Shown here one piece after another: positions 47,899 to 57,958 of a stretch of DNA of 64,000 nucleotides. Every line of letters begins with the position of its first letter. The first letter of the stretch is position 1. The notes beneath the pieces were generated by a model. The model worked only from the letters and a program-made list of their open reading frames with translations, did not search any database and was not told the DNA's origin. The position numbers were made by a program, and so were the translations under genes. This DNA comes from an uncultured Porphyromonadaceae bacterium (GTDB taxonomy: Bacteria; Bacteroidota; Bacteroidia; Bacteroidales; Muribaculaceae), in NCBI GenBank assembly GCA_902495075.1, contig CABUVO010000018.1:13228-77227 (forward strand), given 5' to 3'.

Positions 47899-50718
47899 CT
47901 ATTTCTCTTTCATTGGTCGCACAGTTTGCAAATAGTTCTCTCCCGCGTTTGTCTCTCTGCCTGCGGAGATATCAATGTCGGAACCCAAAGGAGTAAAAAA
48001 ATTATAGTCATCTTTAGGTCTGATTCTAAAAAGATATGGGCCACCATTCGGACCGACACTCGTCAGATTAGTCATTGCGGAAACTTCTCCTGAATAAATT
48101 TGCGACCAGGTAGTAGAATTATTTCCATTAAGAGTAAGAGGAAAACACACCTCCGATGAATCAGCCGGATCGTCATTACAAAAAAGACCTATAGAACACG
48201 GGTCATGCTGTTCAGGAAGCCCTTTAGACGATGCGTGGGAAACAAGACCATTCCAAAGGTCGTTCGGAGGTATGCAGAAACCAACGGGACATGGATCATA
48301 GATGGTCTTTACGGCATATTGATTTTCACTATCGTATCTGCTATAATTGTTTGTCCACAAATTTATGTATCTGTCGTATATATAATAATTTCGAGAGTTC
48401 GAATTCACATCTTTATAGTGATACCATGAGTCATACGCCCCCGATATACGGAAAGCAATGGTGGGCATTCGTATGGAGGATCCGATTGTATATCCGCTTA
48501 CCACATTCAACGCGAAGGGTGTTTCGCAGGCATATTGCGTCCCTTTCTTATGGAGCATTGAATTAGTTGTACCAGAAAAATAACTCATAGAGGACGGTTC
48601 CGTATAATAATATATAAGAGGATCTTTGCGACCCCAATTGTAATACATTGACCTTCCATGCTTTTCTTTACCCGACCGTTGCTCAATCTCAGCACTGTAT
48701 GAAGTGCCCGACCCCGTCTGCGTGAATATCATTTTGAGCTTGCGCACGCCTCCGGAATATTCATATGTTTTTCCGCACCAGCCGAGATTCTCCTTCATAA
48801 GGTAGTAAGTGCCGTTACTTTTACCTTTCACGGTGACACAACCATCGTCCGAATATGGATCGTATCCCGTAACCCATATGTGCCAGCTCCACATCACGGT
48901 TCCGCTACTATTCCTTACAGCCACTACCGCATTCCCCTGGCTTATATTTGAAGACAGAACAGTGAACAGAAGCGAACGGCTATCTTCCGAGAGTTTGACA
49001 TCGGTTATCAGGTTTTCCACATCCTGCCAGAGCAACACCGCATCCGCAGGTATACAACCGTCGTTCTCGTAAATATACGGACTCGTTATCTCCCTATCAA
49101 GATGATTCAGGAACACCTTCAGGACTTTTTCACTGTTATTATAATTTACATTACACTTGTATGCCGTCTCATTGTTCGTGCCGTTCTTTACTGCGTTGCC
49201 GTAAACAAGAGGGAGCGAATAATTTCCGGGGGCATTCACAACATAGCAGTTGGCGGTATTCTCCACGGTCTCCGCTCCCACTGAATTTGAAAGATTGAAG
49301 GGAGACGCTAGAGATCCCCTGAATGACGCGGTCCTGAGCTTATCATCGTATGGGTTCGATACATTTGATTCTGTCATTGAGGCTATACTCATTTCCAATC
49401 CATCATTGCCTGTGCTCGGACGCACAGCGGATGTAACCCACGAAGGCCGGGAAATTGTGTTTCCTTCATCATCCACATACCTTACGGTCCAATCATTTTT
49501 CAAGGATTTCCCATTATCTCCATAGTAAAGCCATGACGAAATATTAACTTTATATTTTCCTCCGCTCCCTCCGATAGTCTTAGTGATGCCAACAACGTTA
49601 AACACTCTTCTCAGGCTGGATGTCGAGAGGGTAAAGGTTACCGTCTTGCCCATTGGCAACACCAAGCCTTCAAGATCAGCTGTATATCCTATTCCTTCCC
49701 ACACCCCTTCCGGACGATAGACAACTCTGAATTTTGCACCGGCTGGGAGAGTCTGGGGAACAGCCATCATAGTGGAGGAGCCTCCGGTAATCTGCGAGTT
49801 TCCGGAAAAATATTGATGCAGCGAAAACTTTCTACTCGCCGGCATGGAATGTCCGGCCCATTCATCTGAACCTATATGGTGGGAAGCCAAGGTATAATAT
49901 TTTTCAAAAGCTATCGTGTCGATTCTGCTTCTTGCAAAATCCGGTGCCGTGACAAATTTTACAGCAGTCAAAGCATGATAGAAATGCATGCCGACCGGCT
50001 GACTCTCTCCCTCTCCGGTATTCTGAACTTCTGCTGATGCCAACAACAGGTCTTTCTGATCATTTGTGTTGGCGGGCATCCGGTAAATTATTTCAGGCGT
50101 CCCGGTTCTCTCCGCGCCATCAGAAGGAATCACCAATCCTCTTATATTATTATCAATAACTGATTGAAAATCAAAATCTCCAGCTGTCGGTTCACAATAT
50201 GGAGCATAGGCATAAAATTTAAACACATGTTTGTTTTTGGGCCAAAGGTATGAACTTTTCCAGCCCGAAGAAGACGTAATCTCCTCGTCATAAAAGAAAT
50301 TTGGTTTAAAAGTTTCAGGATCAAACGCCTCCCCGCAGTCACCTGCCATCAGTCCGAAAGAGTCATAGAATGATTCCGTAGAGACAGGCTCGCCACGTGT
50401 TGGATTCTCGTGACCCCCGGCATTTTCATGACAGATTTCATTACTGACCGTGACATGTAAAAACAAAGAGTCAGCTGAGTTTTCCTCCGCCTGAAGCTTT
50501 AATACCCCGATATATTCTTCGGTGACGTCTGAAGAAAGAGATTCTGCACCGTATTCAGCAGAGGCACGTGTGTGCCATCCTTCATCAACCGACACTTTGA
50601 AGTTTATACTTTCGCTCCTCTCCGTAAAATACGAAAGAGTCTCCTCCCTGCACGCGGCAAGGAGGAGAACAACAATCTGACATATTGCAATATACCTGAT
50701 ATTTATTCTTTTCAACAT
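47899..50718 (-). CDS. Type V pilus tip/adhesin fimbrillin lipoprotein
   Basis: Lipobox LAAC; TRA/TRG processing sites; FYAYAPY and FYHALTAVKF fimbrillin motifs; TANCYVV, GNAVVAV...WSWHIW, YYNWGRKDP, YDPCPVGF, terminal VRPMKE. Confidence 0.85.
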   Translation of the reverse strand: MLKRINIRYIAICQIVVLLLAACREETLSYFTERSESINFKVSVDEGWHTRASAEYGAESLSSDVTEEYIGVLKLQAEENSADSLFLHVTVSNEICHENAGGHENPTRGEPVSTESFYDSFGLMAGDCGEAFDPETFKPNFFYDEEITSSSGWKSSYLWPKNKHVFKFYAYAPYCEPTAGDFDFQSVIDNNIRGLVIPSDGAERTGTPEIIYRMPANTNDQKDLLLASAEVQNTGEGESQPVGMHFYHALTAVKFVTAPDFARSRIDTIAFEKYYTLASHHIGSDEWAGHSMPASRKFSLHQYFSGNSQITGGSSTMMAVPQTLPAGAKFRVVYRPEGVWEGIGYTADLEGLVLPMGKTVTFTLSTSSLRRVFNVVGITKTIGGSGGKYKVNISSWLYYGDNGKSLKNDWTVRYVDDEGNTISRPSWVTSAVRPSTGNDGLEMSIASMTESNVSNPYDDKLRTASFRGSLASPFNLSNSVGAETVENTANCYVVNAPGNYSLPLVYGNAVKNGTNNETAYKCNVNYNNSEKVLKVFLNHLDREITSPYIYENDGCIPADAVLLWQDVENLITDVKLSEDSRSLLFTVLSSNISQGNAVVAVRNSSGTVMWSWHIWVTGYDPYSDDGCVTVKGKSNGTYYLMKENLGWCGKTYEYSGGVRKLKMIFTQTGSGTSYSAEIEQRSGKEKHGRSMYYNWGRKDPLIYYYTEPSSMSYFSGTTNSMLHKKGTQYACETPFALNVVSGYTIGSSIRMPTIAFRISGAYDSWYHYKDVNSNSRNYYIYDRYINLWTNNYSRYDSENQYAVKTIYDPCPVGFCIPPNDLWNGLVSHASSKGLPEQHDPCSIGLFCNDDPADSSEVCFPLTLNGNNSTTWSQIYSGEVSAMTNLTSVGPNGGPYLFRIRPKDDYNFFTPLGSDIDISAGRETNAGENYLQTVRPMKEK

Positions 50719-50751
50719 GATTCACCTGATTGAAAACAAGAGAGTCATCAG

Positions 50752-51873
50752 TTACATAGATATGTTTTCAGGAGATTCAACCCAGGGCGATACCGTTACC
50801 GTAAATTTGATGGGATCTCCTGTGGTTGTCTCACCCGGTTTCGGAGTGTCTGGATCAGAAGGATCAACTTCAGGAATGTTGGGGTCATCTTCATCACCAT
50901 CTTCAGAAGGAGCTACAAAACCGAAACCATTGGTGAAATCAAGTGTGTACACGTATTTATTGCCGGCAACCCAATCTGTGCTGACGGGAATTGCAACCCA
51001 CGCATAACTTGGATCAGATTCGTTATGACCCTCCTTGGTGCTCGCTTTAACGGGATATACCGGAGCTCCAGCCTTAGTTGTCACATTTACAAGTACAGCC
51101 AGATAGGCACCTTTCTGAGCGTTATCCTTATCAGATTCCGTATTCCAGGCGGTAAGGGTTTGAGGGATCAGCATCCCGCAACCGGCATCCCCCATGATCG
51201 AGGAGATTGAAGTTGATTCACTGAAAGTAACAGGAGTAGTGTATTTAACGGTATAGACAGCTTTAGTATCGCCAAGAGTCACACTCTTTGAGTCATCCAT
51301 ACCAAAAGTTGCCTTCGATACAGGATTTGCCATACGCACTCCGTAAATTTTAAGGACATAAGAATCGTTGGTCATCTTAGCCTTGATCTCTATTTGCGAC
51401 AAACGATGGCTAAATGCCAACGCTACCCCGGATGCTTCATTACTCTTATCTCCCTCCGCTACAGCTGTAACAAAATCGAGCTGATCCTTAATCTCAGCTT
51501 TAGGAGAGAAATCGGCAAGAGCCTGACCATCTTTATTGATTGTCATTGTGCCACCCAATTCTGTCAGAGAAGGAGAGTAAGCGAAGAAATTGAGTTTCTC
51601 ATTGTTGGCGGGCCAATAATACTTAATCTCGGATTCGAAGGTTGTGCCACCTTCCGCTTTTGAGAATTTTACATTTTCAAAAAAATTGGCATCATTATGC
51701 AACGCCGTCACATAAATTTCCGATAGATTGGCAGTTGTAGTTTCCGAGCCACGCACATTCATTGCGGAACGGAAATCAATAGCCCTCCCGTTGTTTACAC
51801 TTACTTCCTGATCATTTGAGCAAGAAGTCAAGATCAGTGCGGCTGAAGCCGCCAGAAAAAGTTTTTTCATCAT
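50752..51873 (-). CDS. Fimbrillin (Mfa-like major pilin) lipoprotein
   Basis: Lipobox LTSC; VRG site; YYWP...FFAYSP; FSHRLSQI; GNKYVYTLDF; Pro/Asp linker and PIKFTVTVSPW donor strand. Confidence 0.88.
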   Translation of the reverse strand: MMKKLFLAASAALILTSCSNDQEVSVNNGRAIDFRSAMNVRGSETTTANLSEIYVTALHNDANFFENVKFSKAEGGTTFESEIKYYWPANNEKLNFFAYSPSLTELGGTMTINKDGQALADFSPKAEIKDQLDFVTAVAEGDKSNEASGVALAFSHRLSQIEIKAKMTNDSYVLKIYGVRMANPVSKATFGMDDSKSVTLGDTKAVYTVKYTTPVTFSESTSISSIMGDAGCGMLIPQTLTAWNTESDKDNAQKGAYLAVLVNVTTKAGAPVYPVKASTKEGHNESDPSYAWVAIPVSTDWVAGNKYVYTLDFTNGFGFVAPSEDGDEDDPNIPEVDPSDPDTPKPGETTTGDPIKFTVTVSPWVESPENISM

Positions 51874-51931
51874 AGTTGATCTAAATTTAAGTTAAAAAAT
51901 TGTCATTACTTATTGTATTTAAATACCATAC

Positions 51932-52891
51932 TTACATATCTATGTTTATATCAATTTCTTGCCACTCATCCACCTGAGGATGGAAGCCTCCGCCGTTGAC
52001 AATAGGCTTCGGGAATTGAAGCTCACTGAGCCTTATTTCCATTGCCGTCATGTCATCGCAGGCATGAAGCTTGTCTGTCACGTCAAAAGTATGATACCAC
52101 CGGGTGCCATCGGAAAGAATTGCATAGACAGTCAATATATGCCTCTTAACATATTCGTGACAATGCCCGAATATCCTGACTTCTCCCGTCAACGTTAGAT
52201 TATCGGATGAAGCTTGCATATCAAAAGGAACTGTCACAATCTCCCGAGAGAGAACTCTTCTTCCTGGCAGATACCCTCCCGCCACACTTGAAATTGAAGC
52301 ACAGACCCCAGATATATATTTAAGGTTGACAACATGTTCAATGACGAATTTTAGATTATATATCGACAACTTAGGTTTCAATGCTATCTCAGAAGGAAAT
52401 CCTCCGCCCAGCTGAAAAACTTCATTAGAAAAACCTGTCCATAATTCATCCGGAGGAAGGGCTATACGTTCTGTAGACGTTCCTTCCGCGCGAGGAGCAG
52501 TATCTGATCTGACACCCAATGTAGCAATCGGATATAAAAGTTCAGCACTTTTCGTTGAAATCTCAAATGTATGGAAGGCAGAGACATCTTTACATAGAAT
52601 GTTCTCAGTGTCTCCATTCATACATATCGCACTATAAGAACCTATCGGTATTCTTGCCATGCCACCATTCCTTCCTCCAAAATCATAGCGTAAAGGCTCT
52701 CCCGTGTCTTTAGGGAAAAGATACAATGTCATAGAGACAGGATGGGCATATGGAGAATCGCTCCAGTCGAATTCAACTTTGACATCTGCGGTGTGGGCAT
52801 GATCGAAACAAAGTTCCTTATGGTCACACGACATAAGAATAATACCGACAAAAAGCGACAACATCAGGAAGTAAGTATTTCGCAACATCAT
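51932..52891 (-). CDS. DUF5119-like pilus anchor/assembly lipoprotein
   Basis: SCDHKELC...VEFDW start and GGGFHPQVDEW end. Confidence 0.8.
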   Translation of the reverse strand: MMLRNTYFLMLSLFVGIILMSCDHKELCFDHAHTADVKVEFDWSDSPYAHPVSMTLYLFPKDTGEPLRYDFGGRNGGMARIPIGSYSAICMNGDTENILCKDVSAFHTFEISTKSAELLYPIATLGVRSDTAPRAEGTSTERIALPPDELWTGFSNEVFQLGGGFPSEIALKPKLSIYNLKFVIEHVVNLKYISGVCASISSVAGGYLPGRRVLSREIVTVPFDMQASSDNLTLTGEVRIFGHCHEYVKRHILTVYAILSDGTRWYHTFDVTDKLHACDDMTAMEIRLSELQFPKPIVNGGGFHPQVDEWQEIDINIDM

Positions 52892-53574
52892 CTCTCACCT
52901 CCTTTGCAACTATTTTTACATTTATCGCCAATAAACCATACAAGCGATACTTCGAGCCGTGTCGGACCAAACCATCTGCGATTTCTTGTTGACAACCATA
53001 CATAATGGCTGTCGTCTGGCGTATACTCATGATAGCGCCCCCACATATAACCCACGGCAAGATTGAAATCGATATTAAGACAATGCGATATAGGAAGCGA
53101 ATAGCCATATTCAATGCCGGAAGAACCGTTCATCCTATCCCAAAGCGATCCGCATGGTTCCCCTCCCATATAGCCTTTGTTTCCCAAAAGAAAATCATAT
53201 GTAAAGATTCCACAATATACACCAAGATGATGACCGGTAAAATACTGAACAGAGGCTCGTCTTCCAAACCACCAGCGAAATGCCAAATCTCCTCCGTATA
53301 TGCGCCAATATCTATGCCGTCTGTCAGTCTTCCACCAGGCATACATCCATTCACCGGAGACCGACATCCCCTTACCAAGATAAAACTCCACCCCGATATT
53401 AGGCACAGCAAGGGCATCATACAGCATATTGGTCTTCACACACCATTTGACAGAGCCGGAGCAATCTCTGATAGCTGGCGAACGAAGACAGATAGAATCC
53501 GACATACTCCGTGCATAGGAAATGTGCAGATTCAAAAACAATATTAATATGTATAAGGCAGTCCGTTTTGACAT
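52888..53574 (-). CDS. DUF3575-like outer-membrane beta-barrel of pilus loci
   Basis: VKTNMLYD...PNIGVEF; GIEYGY; WFGPTRLEVSLVW. Confidence 0.85.
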   Translation of the reverse strand: MSKRTALYILILFLNLHISYARSMSDSICLRSPAIRDCSGSVKWCVKTNMLYDALAVPNIGVEFYLGKGMSVSGEWMYAWWKTDRRHRYWRIYGGDLAFRWWFGRRASVQYFTGHHLGVYCGIFTYDFLLGNKGYMGGEPCGSLWDRMNGSSGIEYGYSLPISHCLNIDFNLAVGYMWGRYHEYTPDDSHYVWLSTRNRRWFGPTRLEVSLVWFIGDKCKNSCKGGER

Positions 53575-53919
53575 GAAGTATAGTGAAATCTTGTCAAAAA
53601 AATCTGCCCAAAATTACACACTAAAACCGCCCCAGCAATCACATAGTAAATCAACAAGTAAATATATCGTATTTTAAATTTCTGATTATCAATACATTTA
53701 ATTTATTCCAAAGTAAACTCCATAAAAACTATCAGCAAGGTTTATTAATAACAACGATTCGTCATGCAAGATCCAAAGTATAGGAATTTTACAACCTCAA
53801 CACCGACCACACCGAGAAATTCGATATTTTTGAAATATACCCTGAAAAAGTTGAGGAATTGGAAAAATTTTATTACGTTTGGGCTTAAAATATATGGTTT
53901 GTCCCAATCCTGATAAAAG

Positions 53920-55464
53920 ATGAAAAAGATGACTTATAGCGTGGCGGGGCTGATGCTCGTCGGCGCCACATCGTGCAAAACAGAAAAACCGCAGTCAGAC
54001 CGACAGCCGAACGTGATTGTCATTCTCGCCGACGATCTCGGTTTCGGCGATGTGAGTTTCTATGGTTCGAAAACAATACACACTCCGAACATTGACAGCC
54101 TTGCTCGTGGCGGCGTCGCTTTCACCAATGCATATGCCTCTTCCTCCACCTCCACTCCGAGCCGCTATGCCCTGATGACCGGCATGTACCCCTGGCGCAA
54201 TGACGTGAAAATCCTTCCGGGTGATGCTCCGCTCGTTATCCAGGAATCACAGCCCACTCTGCCGAAAATGATGCAACAGGCAGGATATGTGACCGGGGCA
54301 ATAGGCAAATGGCATCTTGGAATGGGAGCGGGAAATGTCAATTGGAACGACACGATACGCCCCGGAGCAAAAGAAATAGGTTTCGACTATTCATGTCTGA
54401 TTGCCGCCACAAATGATCGTGTGCCTACGGTATACGTGGAAAACGGCAGTGTCGTTAACCTTGACCCGGACGACCCCATATTCGTGGACTACGAAAAGAA
54501 TTTCGAAGGGGAACCGTCAGCGGAAAACAATCCGGACACTCTTAAGCTGCAATGGGCTCATGGTCACAACAATGCTATTGTGAACGGCATCCCGCGAATA
54601 GGATATATGAAAGGAGGGCGGAACGCACGTTGGATAGATGAGGATATGGCAGACTATTTCGTTGGGAAGGTAAAAGGATTCCTGCGTGAGAACAAGAACA
54701 AACCATTCTTCCTCTATTATGGTCTGCATGAACCGCATGTGCCACGTGCGCCTCATCAGCGTTTCGAAGGAGCCTCTGGTATGGGACGGAGAGGCGATGC
54801 CATCATAGAGGCAGACTGGTGTGTCGGACAGCTTATTGCGGAATTACGCGAATTGAATCTCTTAGACAACACCATCATAATCTTCAGCAGTGACAACGGA
54901 CCGGTATTGAACGACGGCTACCGCGACAAAGCAGCGGAAATGGCGGCACAACGCGGTCATAAACCCGCCGGAGGACTCCGCGGCGGCAAATATAGTCTCT
55001 ATGACGGTGGCACGCACATCCCATTGTGTATATACTGGAAAGGGGAAATAAAACCGGCGGTATCTGATGCCATCGTATGCCAGATGGATCTGTTTGCCTC
55101 GTTAGGCGACCTCGTCGGTGCGGATGTTCCCGAGGGTCTTGACAGCCGCCCAATGATACCGGTTTTCTTCGGCAAAGAGAAAAACGGAAGGGAATGTATC
55201 ATTATTGAAAATCAAGGGAAACTCGGTCTGAGAAGCGGGGATTACGTATTCATGCCTCCCTACGAAGGTCCCAAGACCAACCTTACGGGCAACGAGCTCG
55301 GCAATCTTGGAGAATACGGATTGTTCAACCTCAAGAAAGACCCCGCGCAGCAACACAATCTCGCAAAGGAAAATCCGCAATTGCTGGATTCGCTCAACAA
55401 AGTGTTTTTAGACAAGTCAATGGGATTTTACCGTCCATTCGTTGAGGAGGTTACATTGAAATAA
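53920..55464 (+). CDS. Ser-type S1 sulfatase (lipoprotein)
   Basis: PNVIVILADDLG; STPSRYALMTG (SxPxR); GKWHLG; SSDNG; lipobox ATSC. Confidence 0.95.
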   Translation: MKKMTYSVAGLMLVGATSCKTEKPQSDRQPNVIVILADDLGFGDVSFYGSKTIHTPNIDSLARGGVAFTNAYASSSTSTPSRYALMTGMYPWRNDVKILPGDAPLVIQESQPTLPKMMQQAGYVTGAIGKWHLGMGAGNVNWNDTIRPGAKEIGFDYSCLIAATNDRVPTVYVENGSVVNLDPDDPIFVDYEKNFEGEPSAENNPDTLKLQWAHGHNNAIVNGIPRIGYMKGGRNARWIDEDMADYFVGKVKGFLRENKNKPFFLYYGLHEPHVPRAPHQRFEGASGMGRRGDAIIEADWCVGQLIAELRELNLLDNTIIIFSSDNGPVLNDGYRDKAAEMAAQRGHKPAGGLRGGKYSLYDGGTHIPLCIYWKGEIKPAVSDAIVCQMDLFASLGDLVGADVPEGLDSRPMIPVFFGKEKNGRECIIIENQGKLGLRSGDYVFMPPYEGPKTNLTGNELGNLGEYGLFNLKKDPAQQHNLAKENPQLLDSLNKVFLDKSMGFYRPFVEEVTLK

Positions 55465-55471
55465 ACAAATC

Positions 55472-55509
55472 ACTCCGAACTTTTCGACCGTTTCACTCCG
55501 AACTTTTCT
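55472..55509 (+). repeat. Second locus of the 23-bp repeat (~1.7 copies)
   Basis: ACTCCGAACTTTTCGACCGTTTC ACTCCGAACTTTTCT. Confidence 0.9.
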
Positions 55510-55520
55510 GTTATCCTATG

Positions 55521-57689
55521 TTAAAACTCGGCGCGGATGACACCGGTGGAGATGGTGCGGTCGATGGAGAGGTTGTCGCGGGAGGTTTTCTTGCCGAAGT
55601 CGAACGACCAGCTGAGTTTCACGTATGCCGAGGCACGATCCGCAGGGGTGAATGTGGTGCCGGAATAGCGATATTCCGGACTGTCAAGGGTGTATCTGTA
55701 TACCGGATGTTTTGAGAAAGGATTGTTGGTGCCTACTTCTGCACGGAACGCTTTGCGACTCCATGACACGGACATTCCGTATTTCCAAGGAGATTTTACT
55801 ATGTTTCGGTCATAGCCTGCCATCTTTACAGGTGTTTCTATGCGGGCGTTGATTGAAAAATCTCCAATGTAATATGCTGCCTGCACGTTCCCTTTCCAGC
55901 AGCCTGTCGAGACATCAGCCACTTTGGAATAGCGATTGTAAAACCATCCGCCGGTTGCCTGGAGATTAAGACGGGAAGTTGGTATCCATGTCGCCGAAAG
56001 AGAGGCGTCAAGTTGATGCCATCTGCCATCAGGAAGCCAGGATTCCAGAAGTTTGCCGGATTCGAAGGAATATGATGCCATCGGCAGGCGGTTGGCTCCG
56101 TTATAGATTGCAGTTGCCTGCAGGTTTACGTTTCTGATGCCGATGCCATATACTGCCATGAACCGCATTATCCCGGTCTGTTTCAGGTCGGGATTTCCCC
56201 GTTTGATATGCCAGATGTTCACTTGCTGCGTGGCAGTTGACATCATCGAGAGCTGAGGGAAAGAGTTGCCGTAGAGCGCAAGAAGCTGCACATACTGCTT
56301 CTGCGCGGGCTGAACGGTGAAGACTATCTGAGCACGAGGTGCAACGTAGCTGACAAGGTCCTTGCCATGAAGGCGATAAAACTGCGCGGACATGCCGGGA
56401 GCGACGCGCAGAGTAGCGATACCCCATAGAGGATGCATGTATTCACTGAAAAGAAGGGACTCTGACGACCAGAGATGCTGCCATGATTCATTATTGCCAT
56501 AATAATTTGCGGAGCTGACATTATAAAATTCCGACAGCTTCAAGATAAACTGATTACCTCTGTTGAATTTTTTGACATAAGTGACATCGGCTGTAAAGTT
56601 ATAATAATCTTCTGAAGTGGATGACAATATATCTTCTCCTGATTCCAGATATCTATAGCCATAATGATTGCGGGTTGCTGTGGCGCTTGCAGAGGCTTCC
56701 AGAAATTGATCGCGGAGAAGATTGAAGCTGCCGCTGAGACCAAGGCTATATTTGAAGCTGCGCGATGAGGAGGTTTTGGCTGATTCCACGGATGGAATAT
56801 CACTCTCCATGCCGGAATAGATGAGGGTTGAGGCTTCGGAATCTTCGGGAGTGGCGGCGCGCACGAAGCTGAAAGTGGCTCTTAAGGTGCGCTTGTCGTT
56901 TTTGTTTCTGACACGGAATTGGGCATATTGGGAATTTTTGCGGAGATGAGAGGGGAGATCTCGGGCTGGCGCCCTCAACACAGTGACAGAGGCAGGGTCA
57001 GATGGGGCGGAATAGGGCTGAATGGGGAAAGATGGGGAGGGGGAAGTGGATAAGGAAGAAAGGGAGGGGAAGCGGATGGTTTCGAGGGTGGTGGTTTCAG
57101 CGTTCTTTATGTCGGAAAGGTCGGTGCCGGCAAAAAGGGTGTAACGGGTGTCGCCGACGTAGGCTTTCCCGGCAAGATTATAATCTCCGTTGGTATAGCC
57201 GATGCGCTGGGTGGCATCCAGAGCAATATAACCGCCCGAATTTCTTTTCTTGAGGATGAAATTCAATGCTACGTGGTTGCCGGCATATTTTCCGGTGGGG
57301 GATTCCATATACTGAACTTTCAGCACATCTACCGGACGCAATTGACGCACTTCTCTCATATCTGCCGGCATGCCGTCGATGAAGAGCGCCACCTCTCCTC
57401 CAAGGGCATAGATCTCTCCTTTGTCGATATTTACCGTGACGCCGGGAATCATGAGATTGCGCACAAGATCATAACCGGAAAATGAATGCTTGAGTTGCTG
57501 CTTGTTGGGCACGACCTCGAGTCCGTCTGAGGTACGCCTTAATTGTTCCGCCTTGATTACGAAATCGGGCAAATCCCGCACAATGGAATCAAGCTCTGCT
57601 GCATTAATCGGTTCTTCAGCATTAAGGACATCCAAATGGCCGCACACTGATAAAAACAAAAAAGGGAAAATATATTGATTTGTTTTCAT
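55521..57689 (-). CDS. Outer-membrane beta-barrel, TonB-dependent receptor-like
   Basis: LPDFVIKA TonB-box-like motif, plug (LMIPGV...FIDG), RGNPDLK, YVKLSWSFDFGK. Confidence 0.8.
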   Translation of the reverse strand: MKTNQYIFPFLFLSVCGHLDVLNAEEPINAAELDSIVRDLPDFVIKAEQLRRTSDGLEVVPNKQQLKHSFSGYDLVRNLMIPGVTVNIDKGEIYALGGEVALFIDGMPADMREVRQLRPVDVLKVQYMESPTGKYAGNHVALNFILKKRNSGGYIALDATQRIGYTNGDYNLAGKAYVGDTRYTLFAGTDLSDIKNAETTTLETIRFPSLSSLSTSPSPSFPIQPYSAPSDPASVTVLRAPARDLPSHLRKNSQYAQFRVRNKNDKRTLRATFSFVRAATPEDSEASTLIYSGMESDIPSVESAKTSSSRSFKYSLGLSGSFNLLRDQFLEASASATATRNHYGYRYLESGEDILSSTSEDYYNFTADVTYVKKFNRGNQFILKLSEFYNVSSANYYGNNESWQHLWSSESLLFSEYMHPLWGIATLRVAPGMSAQFYRLHGKDLVSYVAPRAQIVFTVQPAQKQYVQLLALYGNSFPQLSMMSTATQQVNIWHIKRGNPDLKQTGIMRFMAVYGIGIRNVNLQATAIYNGANRLPMASYSFESGKLLESWLPDGRWHQLDASLSATWIPTSRLNLQATGGWFYNRYSKVADVSTGCWKGNVQAAYYIGDFSINARIETPVKMAGYDRNIVKSPWKYGMSVSWSRKAFRAEVGTNNPFSKHPVYRYTLDSPEYRYSGTTFTPADRASAYVKLSWSFDFGKKTSRDNLSIDRTISTGVIRAEF

Positions 57690-57754
57690 ATGAATTCGAT
57701 TTGAGTTTTATGGAAGAATTTTAAGAAAATGTTTGATTCATTTCTATGTTTCTA

Positions 57755-57856
57755 CAAATTTAGGGAGCCGTGTCTTAATAAAATCTTAAGTTGTCTTAGT
57801 TATTCTTAACTGAGGCATCAATAAGTTTGATATTACAATATGATTATGTAATTTTG
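57755..57856. promoter_or_regulatory. Divergent promoters with four TCTTA direct repeats (candidate OmpR-family boxes)
   Basis: TCTTA at 57773, 57784, 57794, 57804; minus-strand TAAATTTG (57762-57755); plus-strand TAATTTTG (57849-57856). Confidence 0.65.
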
Positions 57857-57958
57857 AATGGATAAGTATGACATCTAAATTATTTAATGTATTGATTAGC
57901 CAACGCATCTTTTGCGAGTCATACTTAATGCGCGTATTGAACTTGTATAAACTTCATT

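Noticed and set aside
47899..53574. Complete diversity-generating retroelement
   Set aside because: No reverse transcriptase, Avd or template repeat seen in the window.
53575..53919. Invertible promoter for the pilus operon
   Set aside because: A -7 box is present (minus-strand TAATTTTG, 53616-53609) but I found no flanking inverted repeats or recombinase.
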